In this document: one piece after another, positions 46,370 through 58,749 of the stretch
Position numbering within the stretch: the first letter of the stretch is position 1
How the letters are laid out: each line of letters starts with the position of its first letter
Assembly: GCA_028534125.1 (NCBI GenBank)
Contig: CM052824.1
Span: forward strand, 45,632,001 to 45,696,000
Reading direction: 5' to 3'
Length of the DNA stretch: 64,000 nucleotides
Source: Lama glama
Lineage: Eukaryota
The notes under the pieces: generated by a model
Database searches by the model: none
What the model was told of the DNA's origin: nothing
Seen by the model: the letters and a program-made list of their open reading frames with translations, nothing else
Translations under genes and position numbers: made by a program

Positions 46370-48065
46370 ATGGACCTTAAGGGTCAATGTCACCCTTAAA
46401 ATATGTCATTTTGGGAGCAGTGCTGCCATCTAATACAGGGACCAGGGCATTACCAGGTTGTTTCATTAACTTCACTTCCTTTCAAGTGAGGCTACCTCTG
46501 AGAACTCAAACAAGGCCTTGTTGATTCTACCTGGTATGAGACATTGTAAACCAATCTCACATTATCAGTATTGCAAAAATTCTCCTAGAAAAACACAGGA
46601 GTCTAAAATGCTAATCTGGGAATTAGTGGACATTTATCTTCTTTTGGATCAGTATAATTTCCTTCCATTTTTTTATCTGCTTTCTGAACCACCTCATTTA
46701 TCTAAGCTTTCAAAAGCTTATGCAAGACGCATAATGCACTCCAGCTTCAAAAATCAATGCCTGAGGATGTGTTCACCAGGGATTGCTATGGAAATTCTTC
46801 TATTACTTTTCAGAGGCCTCACTACCAAAATTTTTATTTGTGAATAAGAGCCAGAATAGCCTCACTTATAAACAAAGCTTTCCCCTAATTATCAAATCAA
46901 GGAAAAAAATGTAATTTAAAAATATATTCTTTTTTTAATTTTTGAAGGGGAGGAGAATTTATATTAGTTTGGGCTTCAAACAACCTTCACCTTCCCACAT
47001 CTACCATGACTGATTTTAATTAAAGACCACTTACCCTGGGAATAGATTGCTTGCTGCAGTTTGTACCGAAGAGACACATGTGCAGACAAATGGACTGAAG
47101 TCCTTAGATTTTGCTCAAATGACAAAAGAAGCGATTATGTTCCCTCGTCACTTCCTCACTCTGAAGAACTCTATTAACAGAATAATTTGAGTAGTCTCTC
47201 TGCTATTCTGCATTTTAAAGTGTGATCTATTTCAGTGCCACCGACATTTCCCCTCCTTTTAAAATGAGTGATATTTAAGGAAAAATGCCAGCTGGGTATC
47301 TATTTGAGGAGGGGCTGCAGGAAATGCGAAGGTTTATATAACTCCCTCCAAAACCCCAGTTGCTTGCAGGTTCATGGATAACCCATAGCTTTGGTTTGTG
47401 GCTGCAAATAGCTGACAGAGACAGTCCTACAGCACAGGAGGAGACTAATCAAATTCACATGCTGGTTCTGGACACCTTGTTCTATTTTCCATTTCTTGGC
47501 TGCCCAGTGCCAGAGGGGTTTGGATGGGGCTGTCTAACTCTGGAGCCATGGAGTTTAAATGGAACTGTCAGACTCTAAGGCTTCCAGATCCATATGTGGT
47601 CTAAAAGGAGGCCCATGGATGTGCCTTAGCACTGGGCTGAATGAAGCCCAAACTGTAGGGAGGTCTCTGGTGCTGTGTTAAAACAAGCCCCATGGGTGTC
47701 TTTTCCATGACCCCAAAACACCTGTGTGCTGCATTATAATACTTTATGTGTCTGTTATCCTAAAGAACTAAGGGTGCCTTGAGAGCAGGGGCTAGTCTAC
47801 CTCCTCTGGGATTAGCTCGGGATCTGGCACACAGTGGTGCTCAATAAATGCAGAGTGAGTGACTGAATAAAAGCATGCCCTTTAGTTCTCTCCATTTGGA
47901 GCTGAGCTCAGCACCAATACTGACCGGATACCTAGTCAATTTATCCCAAATCCAGGAAAAGCTTATCTAGCCTTGGCCTGAGATGATGGGAATTCAACTT
48001 CCTTCTCTCACTCTGATCAATGAGTTATTTAATTTTAGAGATGGCAGGGCAGAGAGGAATCTGAA

Positions 48066-48514
48066 TGTGGTGGATTGCAAAAACATTCCCGATTCTCCAC
48101 CCTTCCCTGTATCCATGCCTTTGACAATGTGATTTAGCAGCTGCTTCCATTAAGAGATGGAGTCCATCTCCCTACCCCTTGTGTCTAGGTTGGCTTTTCA
48201 GCTTGCTGGACCAACAGAATGGGAAGGAGGTGATGATGTGCCTTCTGAGCCTGGGTCTTAAGAGGATATGCATGCTTCCACCTATTTTTTTGGACCCTTG
48301 TCTCTGCCATGAGAAGAAGTCTGAGTCCACTGGTAGCAAGGTTAGGTCATCCAGCTAAGGCCACCCTAGACAAACGGCCCCCAGCTGACTTATCAGCTGA
48401 CTACAGATGCATGAGTTAGCCCAGCCAAGACCCACAGATTCATAAGAATAACAAATGGTTTCAAGTCACTAAGTTTCAGGATGGTTTGTTATGCAGCAAT
48501 AGCTAACTGATACA
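48066..48514 (+). mobile_element. MaLR solo LTR (MLT1H-like)
   Basis: TGTGGTGGATTGCAAAAA start; GTTTGTTATGCAGCAATAGCTAACTGATACA end (TG...CA). Confidence 0.82.
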
Positions 48515-50081
48515 TGGAGTTACAGTATTCCAAACAAGTGGGTACCCAGAGAGAGGAGAGAACTTTCCCGAAACCACATCTGCCAGTGACAAGTATCCAC
48601 ATGTGGGAACTACTCATTCAGAGCCCTTTCAACTATACCAAACACTGATCTTTCTTTAAGAACCCTTTTTTGTTTTTAATATTTCTAAGTCATCAGCCCT
48701 CAGGTTCTGAACAAAGGGCAAGAGTAGGTACACGAAGGTCACTGAGTAGCCACAAAGAGACAAAGTACATGTCATTAATTTCCAGCTTGCTACCTCGGAG
48801 GTTCTAGAATCATGTTCCTAGGAAACCATCCCACACATTACTAACATGTGTTCTGCCATGAAAATCAAGCCACAGTGACCTTTTCCCAATTTGTAAAAAG
48901 TTACAGAAATTTTTAGGTAGGATTTTTAATATTAGTAGTAATTTATAAAAGGCACTTAGAACAGTGATTGGTACACAGTCAATTTTCAATAAGTACTAGC
49001 TATTATTATTGTTAAAGTCTCCTCTCACAATTTTTTTTCTTAAACCTTTGGTGCCTGCTACTGTGTGTTAGCCAGCAGGCAAAATGAATAGATAATGACA
49101 GTCACAGCTAACATTCACTGGGTGCCTGTGCAGGCTAGGCCTTTTGCATATACATCATTGCAGTGAATCTCCACATTTCTTTGCGGTACCAACCCCCTCT
49201 TACAGATGAGAAAATCAAGGCTCAGTGAGATGAATGTGCCCCAGGTTAGTAAAGCTGGGAAGCAGATAGACTCATACCCCATCAGTCTGACGCAAGCCTG
49301 AGGATGTGTCATGATTATTCATCTCTGTTCTCTCTCATGCTTAACCAAGAGTGGGCACTGAACAAAAGCGCAGAATGAATAGATTAATTTCAAGAAGGTC
49401 AAAGAAAATAGTGTCTCCCCTTGCCTGCCCCAGAAAGGGCTTAAATTTTAAAAGACTGACAATATTAAGCACTGGCGAGGATGTGGAGCAACTGGAACTC
49501 TTGTACACTGTCTCACCCACTACCCCTCCACCAGATTCCAGGCTCTCGTACTTGAAAGGACATTTACTGTAACCAAGATGGCAGGGCAGCAACCCATGTC
49601 TGATTAACACAACTAAAGAGGCCTTACAGAGCTGCAGTTAAGAGCATGGGCTTTAGAGCTGGGTGGGCAGAATGGACTAGCACTATCTATGAACCTCTGC
49701 AGTGCCAGTTTGATCCAGTGCTGTTCCTTTCCACAGGACTCACTTCATTGCTTCTACACACTTCATCGAGCACCTACTATATGCCAACATGGCGACCCTG
49801 GAGCTGCTACTGCTATAACTGCAATATAAGTAGGTGGTCCTATTGGACTTTTCTAAACTCAACCAGCCTGCTTGGTCTTTGGTTACCTCCTCTACGAGGC
49901 TGCATCAGGTCTCTGAGTGTCCTTTCTCTTTGAGAGCAGGAAATGTCACTTACAATTCAAGCCTCCTCATCTTAGAAATAACCAAAGCAGCAGGGACTGC
50001 CATCCATACCTGCCTTTCATTTCTCAATCTGTACCCTCCTTGGAATGTGGAAGCCTAAGGATTTTTCCTGTTCAAGGGTGC

Positions 50082-50439
50082 TGCAATGGACTGAATGTTT
50101 GTGTCTCACCAAATTTTGTATGTTGTAATTCCAACTCCCAATGTGATGGTATTAGGAGTGATGCTTTTGGGAGGTGATTAGGTCATGAGGGTGAAGCCAT
50201 CACGAATGGGATTGGTACCCTTGTGAAAGGGACCCCAGAGAGCTTTCTTGCCCCCTTTGCCATGTGAAGACACAGTGAGAAGATGGTCATTTATGAACCA
50301 GGAAGCCAACCCTCAAGTAGACAAAAAATCTGCTGCCACCTTGATCTTGGACTTTCCAGCCTCCAGAACTATGAAAAATAAATGTTTGTTCTTTAAACCA
50401 TCCACTTAAAGAACATTTTTATTGCAGCTGACCAAGACA
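50082..50439 (+). mobile_element. Complete MaLR solo LTR (MLT1A0-like)
   Basis: TG...CA termini and perfect 5-bp TSD GGTGC (50077-50081, 50440-50444). Internal CTTGATCTTGGACTTTCCAGCCTCCAGAACT and AATAAA. Confidence 0.92.
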
Positions 50440-50780
50440 GGTGCTATTTTGTGGGGCAATATGATCTTCCTCCTCCACCAGTTCTCCCTTGCTTAGTGCC
50501 CTGGGGTTACTCAGACCAGTAGGTCCTGGACTTCTGCACGGCAGTGAACATTGGCAATGTTTCATCTGGGCAGATCTGTGGGTTCCTATGTTCCTGGGCT
50601 CAGAAAATGCCAGTGCCCAAGGCCCAGGTGATGCTGAATGAGTAAGAGAATTTTTCACATGCTTTCTAAGACAGTGGCTGTCTGGTACTGTCTGGGGATT
50701 GAACTACTCCCCACCACCTCAGGTTCTAAGATCATATATGTAGTTGTCCAACATTTTATATTTAAAAAACACTGTTATGT

Positions 50781-50926
50781 GGGGGGAGGGTATAGCTCAA
50801 ATAGTAGAGTGCATGCTTAGCAAGCACGAGGTCCTGCGTTCAATTCCTGGTCCCTCATTAAAAAAAAAACAACTGATTACAAATAAATAGACCTAATGAC
50901 CTCCCCGCCAATAAAAAAAATATTAA
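50781..50926 (+). mobile_element. tRNA-Ala-derived SINE (Vic-1 type)
   Basis: GGGGAGGGTATAGCTCAA...GCTTAGCAAGCACGAGGTCCTGCGTTCAATTCC, A-rich tail. TSD AAAAAA(C/T)ACTGT(T/C)ATGT at 50764-50780 and 50927-50943. Confidence 0.9.
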
Positions 50927-53494
50927 AAAAAATACTGTCATGTGATTTTTCTTGTTTAATCCTTCTAACCCTGACCCTGGGTTGAGGCTGGCCAGAGTTA
51001 GGAAATGGTCTCCGCATTTTACAGATAAGGAAACTGAGGTCTGAGAGGTGAATTTCTGGCCTAGGATCACACAGGCTTCCTGTCTGACTCAATCCAGTGC
51101 TCTTTCTACTGTATAACTTGTAAACAGGGTGGGGTGGGGAGCAGAGAGATGGGGAGAGAGGAGTTAGTACTATAGCGCTCCTGGCACTAAGTTAGGTGTT
51201 TTGTGTGTCATCACTGACTCCTAAAAGCAGCTCTTAGGTGGGAGGCTAGAGCTGCTTGAGGCTGGACGGTGTCAGAGAATGTGAGCCAGCCTTTGAAAGG
51301 AATCACCTTGAAAGAAATGAGTCACTTATGCTATTCTAGTAGGTTTATTTCAGAAAAACATAAGTTTTGAGGTCAAATAAAATGAGATTGTCAGTCTGGA
51401 AGGATGAAAGTCTGTTCTGGAATTATGGCTTCAGTGTGTCTTGTTATCTCAGGCCATGCTCTTTGGTTTCTGCCTCAAAATATTTATTTCAGCTGGAGAC
51501 CTTCACCTTCTCTGTACTCTGGGGCTGCAAATTAGTGTTACTGGCCCTGGGAAACAGGAAGAATCTAACTGAGACCTGCAGCATAGCTGTCACCAACTCC
51601 TGGGACACTTTTTCCATCAACCAAGCTCTGACCCACCCCAGTCTGCAACATCTGAATGCTTCACAGAGAAAGGAACAAAAACAGCTTCTCCTCAATAGTC
51701 AGTTCGAGACCTCTGACGTGGCCTATTCCAGTCACCCGCAGCTAGGAAGCGGAAGCTGGGCGCTTGCACCGAGGCAGGGGCTGGAGGCCTCTTCCTTTTT
51801 GCTCCCAGCACTGGTTTCCTGACATCTGCATCTTAACCATTTGCAGCTGTCTCCCCAATGAGATATGCACAATATCAGGCCAGGGCCTGGGGCTGGTTTC
51901 TCTCTGAAATCTCCAGTGTCTAATCTAATACTTGAAACTCTGTAGGAGTTCAACAATGGTTTGTTGGATAAACAAACGAGCGAATGAATGATAAGTCTTG
52001 TCTGGGGACTGCTTCCTTGTACCAGGGGCCTGGCTGGTGGTGATGATTGTGATGACAACGATAAGGATGAAGTGGTGAAGTAATTCAAGGTTATAGCAAA
52101 GTTCTGGCAGGGAGAACAGACACTGACCCTCCCAACCTCAAAGCCTGCAGTAGCTTTTCCCAGCTGGCCTACACCCTTTTGAAGCCCTCAAATGCATTTT
52201 CTCCCCCAGATCAAGTTACTGCAGAGGCAAACCAAATCGCTGGTTAAGTAAAAAGGATGTGAGCAGATTATCTATTGATTGTCATCCTCCCAGGTTTCAT
52301 GGATAAAAAGAACCCCTACCTGGGCTCTGCATGGAGCACTGATAGGCCAAGTAGCCGCATGATGGGAGGTCCAGAGGCCAGAGCTTTTGAACAGCCTGAT
52401 TTTAGTGCTTTGGAAATCTCTGCTGTATGTGATGGCTTTCTAGGTTGGCACTTCCATTCTCTGGAGTTTAAAGAATGAGGAATCTGTGGCTGATCACATA
52501 TTCAGCAACCAAATGTACTTATTCGAAGACCTAAATTGCAGAAATAACTCACGTGATTAGTTGAATGAATATGAGTCAGATCATCAAGCTCAATCTATGG
52601 ATAAATCAGGAAGAGACAACTAGGCCAAGCAGAGGGCAAGCCCTCCCCATTAGTCTCTTCTGCTCGCCTAAGACACACGTTCCCTGCAAGGTGGCCAAGG
52701 TAAGAATACTTGAGTCTCTGCTCCTTAGAGATGCTTTGCTTTATTCTGTTTATGTACTAGGACCAGCTCCACCCCGAGCTTCAGCTCCACAACAGTGCTT
52801 CAAGGTCTGAGGCATCTGGTTATTCCCAAAGGGCAGAGCCTCTGACAGTGAGTCAGGCCCAGTGGTGGTTATGAGAATAGAGCCCAGGTCTCACCCCAGG
52901 GCCACAAGCCTGTCCTCCTAGTGCTCACTGGTGAGTCCCTGCAAAACATGCCTTACTATCTAGGCTCCAGCCTTGGATTTGCCCAGTCCAGCAGCATTCT
53001 CACCAAGCAAATCTCCACAGCCAGTGTGCACACCTGACTCTCTGAGTGACCAGCAAGGATTCTCCCAGCCAGAGCCCAGTTCCTGTAAGGAACCTGCTCT
53101 AGGAAGAGCATAGATTCTCTGAGCACAGCGCTCGCTCAGCCCAGCCGTGCCTCAGCCCAGGCCTGGAGGCCAGCCGACCCTGCTGAGTTGTGAAGAGACC
53201 TCCCAGCTCCCCTAAAGTGGGTCTCCACCCACCCCATGTTCCTCGCTCTGGTTAGTTCCTGAGAAGGGACTGGGAACCACATCTAGGTCATAGTGGCACA
53301 GCACAAACACCACCAAGTCTTCCTTTCCTGTTCTTGTTATGCGGTTGTGGGTGTGATGGGACTCCAAGAGGCCAGGCGTCAGGCAGGGCAGTCACAGAGC
53401 AAAGAGCTGCAGGAGACGAAGTAGGGCACAGGCACCCTTAAGCCACTCAGTGGAAGGCTTTATAGACTTAGCCTTTTCTACCAAAGTTTCTAGG

Positions 53495-53700
53495 GTCAAA
53501 GAGCTTTAATTCTAATCCTGGCTCTGCAGTTTGCCAGCTGTGCAACACTGGTCAAGGCACATAACCTCTCTGGGTCTTAGTGTCTTCATCTGTAAAATTC
53601 AGATATTTCTGTATAGAATCATTTGTAGGATTCAATAAATAATGTATTTTAAGCACTCAGTAGAGCAGCATGTGGTAAATGCTTGAACATGTTAGCTAGC
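53495..53700 (+). mobile_element. MIR SINE
   Basis: AATCCTGGCTCTGC...AACCTCTCTGGGTCTTAGTGTCTTCATCTGTAAAAT. Confidence 0.75.
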
Positions 53701-54245
53701 CCTATTCTAAAACTTATCCTAAGAAAACATTAAGGCAAGTATGCAAAGATTAGTGAATTGAATTAGAAAATTCATCTTAGAATGGCAAAAAATCAGAAAT
53801 AACCTAAATGTCCAGTAATAGGAAAGAATAAAATATAAAATGTTATTTGCATATACATATCATCTGTGTGAGTATACACATTTTATATATATGTGTGTAT
53901 ACATGTATACACATACACACATATAATCTGTTCATATAACAGACTACCATGAAGCCATTAAATATGACAATACAGTTGTTTAGTGTTTAACAGCTTGAAA
54001 AGTTGATCACAAAATTCTGTAAAATGAAAGAGCTGATCATAAGACAGTATTTATGATACGATTCCATTTATGTAAAAATACATATTTATATCTATTCATT
54101 TTCATGGGGACATACCTGGAGAGATGCACACACCACAGGTCACCTCTGGGTGGTGGGAGTTTAGGAGCTTTTCTTTCTGGTTCTTATTTGGAATTTCTAA
54201 TTTCTCTACAATGGGCATATACTACATTGATTTTTTTTTTAAATG
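53700..54245 (+). mobile_element. Degenerate L1ME-like 3' fragment
   Basis: AAATAACCTAAATGTCCAGTAATAGG...CACCTCTGGGTGGTGGGAG. Confidence 0.7.
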
Positions 54246-56126
54246 AAGAAAGAGGTGGAGTAGTCTTAAGGGTAGAAAAGGATTTTCACACTCAGAAAAT
54301 TTCAACACAGATAAAGGGATTTGTTCAAACTTCATCACTCCCCAACTGAGAAGAGGCATGAAGAATGGCAGCCTTCAGAGAGAAAATCCCACGTTTCAAG
54401 GTTTAGTGTCTGAGGAGAGTAATTTAAAAATGAGAGTATCTCCAGCCACCTTTATACATCCTTCTCTATCACTCCATCCCGCAGGACACCAACCTTGAAA
54501 GTCAGCAACAAGTCAGACACGAATGTGCCTTCCTTGTTGGGAACACGAAATCAGAGTATCAGAATGACAACGAATTTCTACTTTAGCTTGCAAAGAGACC
54601 CTTCCTGCTGAGATGGGAAAACGTGGGGCACAAATCAGCTCTCCGGAAGGAGGAGACATTTTCACATTATCAGCTGGAGGTCGGGGGAAACTGCAAAGTC
54701 TAAACATTTCTCATGTCATAACTTTGTCAGCTGTGTTGCAGTCGATAAGATGCTCACCCAGCACCTCAAGTCATATGCCAAATTGAAGTGGTTAAATGGG
54801 TAATTTGTAAAAACTACTGAGCTTCTTTCACAAGCTTGTCCCAGCAGCCTGCTTGCCTCTGCTCCCCACGCTGGGTGCTGCACAGCCCCCCTGCCCTGGG
54901 ATTGGATCTCAGGACAGAAGCAATTGGTTAATTCACCTGCCCATTTCCAGATCTGGACTGCTGCCGGGGCCAGCACTGGATGGCAGGATAATTCAGAAGC
55001 TGTGCCAGCCCTCAGGAAGCAGGTTATCTTGTAGAGTATAGGCTTCAAAGAGAAAAACACAAGTCCGATTTACCTCACAAAGGGAACATCGGGGACTGGA
55101 GGCAGGAAGGAAGATGAAGGGGATGGATGGAGAGAGAGAGGCTATCTTGCCCCTCAGTCTTGGGAGAGAGAAAAGGGCCAAGGTTTCCTCCTTTCCTGTC
55201 TGGTTCCTATGATCAGAGAAGGAAATGGAGTTATGTCGAAGGGGTAAGGGGCCAGGTCAGAGTACCAGATGAGAAAACCATGGCACAGAGAGGTTAATTC
55301 AATCACCCAAGGTCACATAGCCAGAAAATGGTGAAAATGGTGACCAGGCAGCCTGGTGCCAAAGCCTATGCTCCCAACCTGAGCCACATCCCCAGTAGAA
55401 AGAAGGACTCCACTATTGGATTTGGGCAAGGTGGCTTCCCCCAGGGCAGCCCCTGTGACATGCTCTCAGATGGCGGTGAGTGTCATGCAATAGCCTGGGC
55501 TGTTTGGGATTTTGTCCTCCTTGGTTTGGGGAAGATAAGTAATACTTTGGCTTCACATCTATAGCCTAATACAGGGAAGAGGGACATAACTGACCAAGGC
55601 TGAGCCGTGTCAAGAGAATGTCACAACATCCTTTTAATCAGTAAACACACACAGACCCTTCTTTGCCATTCACTGTTACCTCTGGACATCCCAAAGCACT
55701 GTCTGGGCCTGATGCCATGCTGGTACTGCACCAGGCAGGTTACACAGGAGTCCTGGCCTATGGGGGCTTCTCAGTCCCTGAGACAGAGGAAACAGGATGT
55801 TGGGGCTTTGGAGGCAGACAAGCCTGGTTTGGAATTGCTGCTCAGCCTCTTTGCAGGCGTGGGCTCCTTACTCCTCTCAGTCTCAGTTTCCCTGTCACCC
55901 AGACGGTACCTCAAAGAGACACCGAAAGGAGGAAATAAAACTCACGAGAAGGTGCCTGTGCTGGCAGGTGGGCACCTGCAGCAAGGCCCTACCAGCACTA
56001 ACAGAGACAAAAATCCTCGAGTTGTCAGTAGGTTTACTGCCAGCTTTCATGACAAAGGTGAGAAGGAAGGGAATCCTTGCCATCAAGTCTGAGCAGTTGC
56101 AGGCGAGGAAGACAAGGATGCAGGAA

Positions 56127-56327
56127 CAGGGCTGCACGATGACTTTCAAGGGCCCTACCTCCATAAAAACGGCTAAAAACAATCTTTCACAACTGCATTG
56201 GTATAAAGAAGTTGGGTTCATTATTTTAATTTGTTATATTCATATTTTTTTCCTGATTTTAGAAGAAATTAAAATTAAAATACTTTCGTGAGCCCTAGGC
56301 ACTGTGTAGCAGAGAAGGTCAGGCCTG
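56127..56327. mobile_element. hAT-family non-autonomous DNA transposon (ORSL/Tip100-like)
   Basis: Inverted termini CAGGGCTG and CAGGCCTG; 8-bp TSD TGCAGGAA/TGCAGGGA (56119-56126, 56328-56335); GGGCCCTA/GAGCCCTAGGCAC subterminal motifs. Confidence 0.8.
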
Positions 56328-58749
56328 TGCAGGGAATGCCTGGCTGGTGCTGGGTGCTCAGGCTAGTTCTCTTCCCTTCAAATCTGCAGCCCCATCCTCC
56401 CCGCCACCCACCCACCCCAATCTGTCTGAGCACCAACATTCTTCCCAGCAGGACCTCCTAAGCTTGGCCTGTGCTGTTCCCCCACCTGTAACAGAGACTT
56501 CATGGATGTTTGTCAAAACCTACCCGTTAAGCAACTCTGGGGTAGGTTCTGCCCCCTCCCATATGACTCGTCTCAAGTGCCACCATCCTTGTGAATGTGG
56601 GGATGAAATGTGGGGAACTTGACGAAAACTTTCAAAATCATCTCAGGAACGTGCTCAACTGTTCTCCCTACATCCTGACATTCTCTCTCGTGGCTGTGCT
56701 GCTTAGGCACATGTTCTGTCTGGCCGCACGGGCAGATGTCACTTGTCTCCTCTCCAGTGAGCTCATCATGTCTTAATCTTTTGGCACCCTCTTCCCTGCT
56801 TCATACCCAGCTCAGAGCCTGGCACATAGTAGGTACTCAACGCAAAGTTGCAGAATTGAATGAAAACTCTCCGTGTCCCCACGTGCTATCAGTTACTTAT
56901 TGCAAAACAACATCCAGATACATTTCTGGGTGACTGCTATTTTGGGAACAGGGTTATTTGGGGAGCCGAGCCCTGCCTGCTGGAAGTAAGAAGCAGGCAG
57001 AAGGCCCCTGGCACGGCGGCTCCCTTCCTCCCTGTCCTAATCATTTGCTTGGCCATTGGTAGGATTAGACAACAGCAATTATCGCCACATGGTTTATTCC
57101 CAGAATTCAAAGTTATTGGGGGAGAAAATGCAATTGTGCTTTATCCAGTCATTAAAAAAGAAAACAAAACAAGAGCAGTGGATTTCCAACTGCCTTTCAG
57201 ACTTGATGAAAAGAAAACCAAACTTGAGTATTAGCCCCAAATTGTGCTGACAACACATTTCCGGGTCTCTTTGTCTTCCTCCAGGCTCTCTTCAGAATTT
57301 TTCAACAATTCCTATTGATCCCCGCATGGTTCTCATGCAGACTGTTTATGCTCGGGAGAGCAGCCGTCTCTGGAGCAGGGGACTGATCTGCTGGCCTCGG
57401 AGGCCCTGGTGGGGGAAGTGAAGTCCTGGCTTCTACCTTCCAGAGAAGTGGCCACCCTGACAGTGCAGCACCTCTGCTTCTGGCGCTGAGCCCGCTGCCT
57501 GCTGGGCTGCACCAGGATTTCATCAGCCAGGGTGAAACACACCCAGAAGGGGCCCCATCACCTACTATTTTAGGGCCTAGAAGTAACACGACAGACCATA
57601 AGCCAGACGCCCCCACTGTATAGTGGAGAAATGAGCCCAGAGAGGGGACAGGACTTGTTTGGGTCACAGAGCAGACTGGTGGCTGAGAAGCCATTAGAAG
57701 CCAGGTTTCCATGCTCCTGGGGCTTGGGGTGGGGAGAAAATACTAGGGAGCATTTATGGGACCCTATTAAAGGGCCAGTTGGTCACAGATGGTCTCTTAT
57801 CATGCCTTCACCCTCTTCAGCCACATTGAACACATTTTAGACCCCAAGAGGCCATGGTCTTGCTCAGTCTCCCTGTAGGCCTTTGCAAGTGTGTTTCTGT
57901 GCCCCTGAACCCTCTCTTGTGCTTCTTCATTCATGCTTCAGGACTTGGTAGCAACTGTCTTCCCCAGGAAATCTTTCTGAAGCCCATCCCTCTGAAGATG
58001 AGTTAAAGAGCCCTCGGTGTGAGCTTGTATCCCATGGCACTCATACTGCCTTAACTGAAGCTACAAGTTCATGCATTTGTCTCCCGACTAGCCTGGGAGG
58101 TCCTCGTGGGTGTCCATCTTGTTCCCTGTTGCTTCCCCTATGTCTTGAACAGGGTGTAGTGGCACACCATAGGCAATGAATAATCAGTAGCAGATAAGGA
58201 AATGGTCTCATGTGATCCCAGTGACAATCTGTGAGCAGGTTGTCATCATTCCCATTTCACAGGAGGGAAAACTGAGGTTCAGAAAGGAAACATAACACCT
58301 ACCCAGCGAGTTAGTGGTGGAGCCAGGATTTGGACAACTCACATCTTCTGACTCCCAGATCAACATTTTCTCTATTTTCTCCCTTTTCTGGCCCAGTAAC
58401 TGAAATACAGAAACGTTAGTTCATGCCATCTCAGTCCGTGCATCACAGCCAGGTGGGCATGAGAAGTAGCCCATCCCATGGCACTGGGGAGTGGGTAGTG
58501 AAGAGGGGCTCTGCTGACTGTTCCTTCTGCTCCAGGGAGCACTCAGGACAGCTGGCCTGAGAGCCCTGATTCACCCATAAGTTAAGGCAGGGACACTCTC
58601 CAGACTAGGGCTGAGCAGGCAGTGCAGGGCAGCTCTGCCTTTGGGAGCACAGGCCCGGGAAGCTGAGGCTTTGAACAGGGGGTGAGGGTGGGGGCTTGAT
58701 TAGGAAGGAGGCAGCATTCAGCAGGAGGCTAATATTAAGCATGCTGGCA

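Noticed and set aside
29420-50926. Three tRNA-Ala-like sequences as tRNA genes
   Set aside because: They carry SINE tails, poly(A) and TSDs, and have mismatched stems; they are retroposed SINEs.
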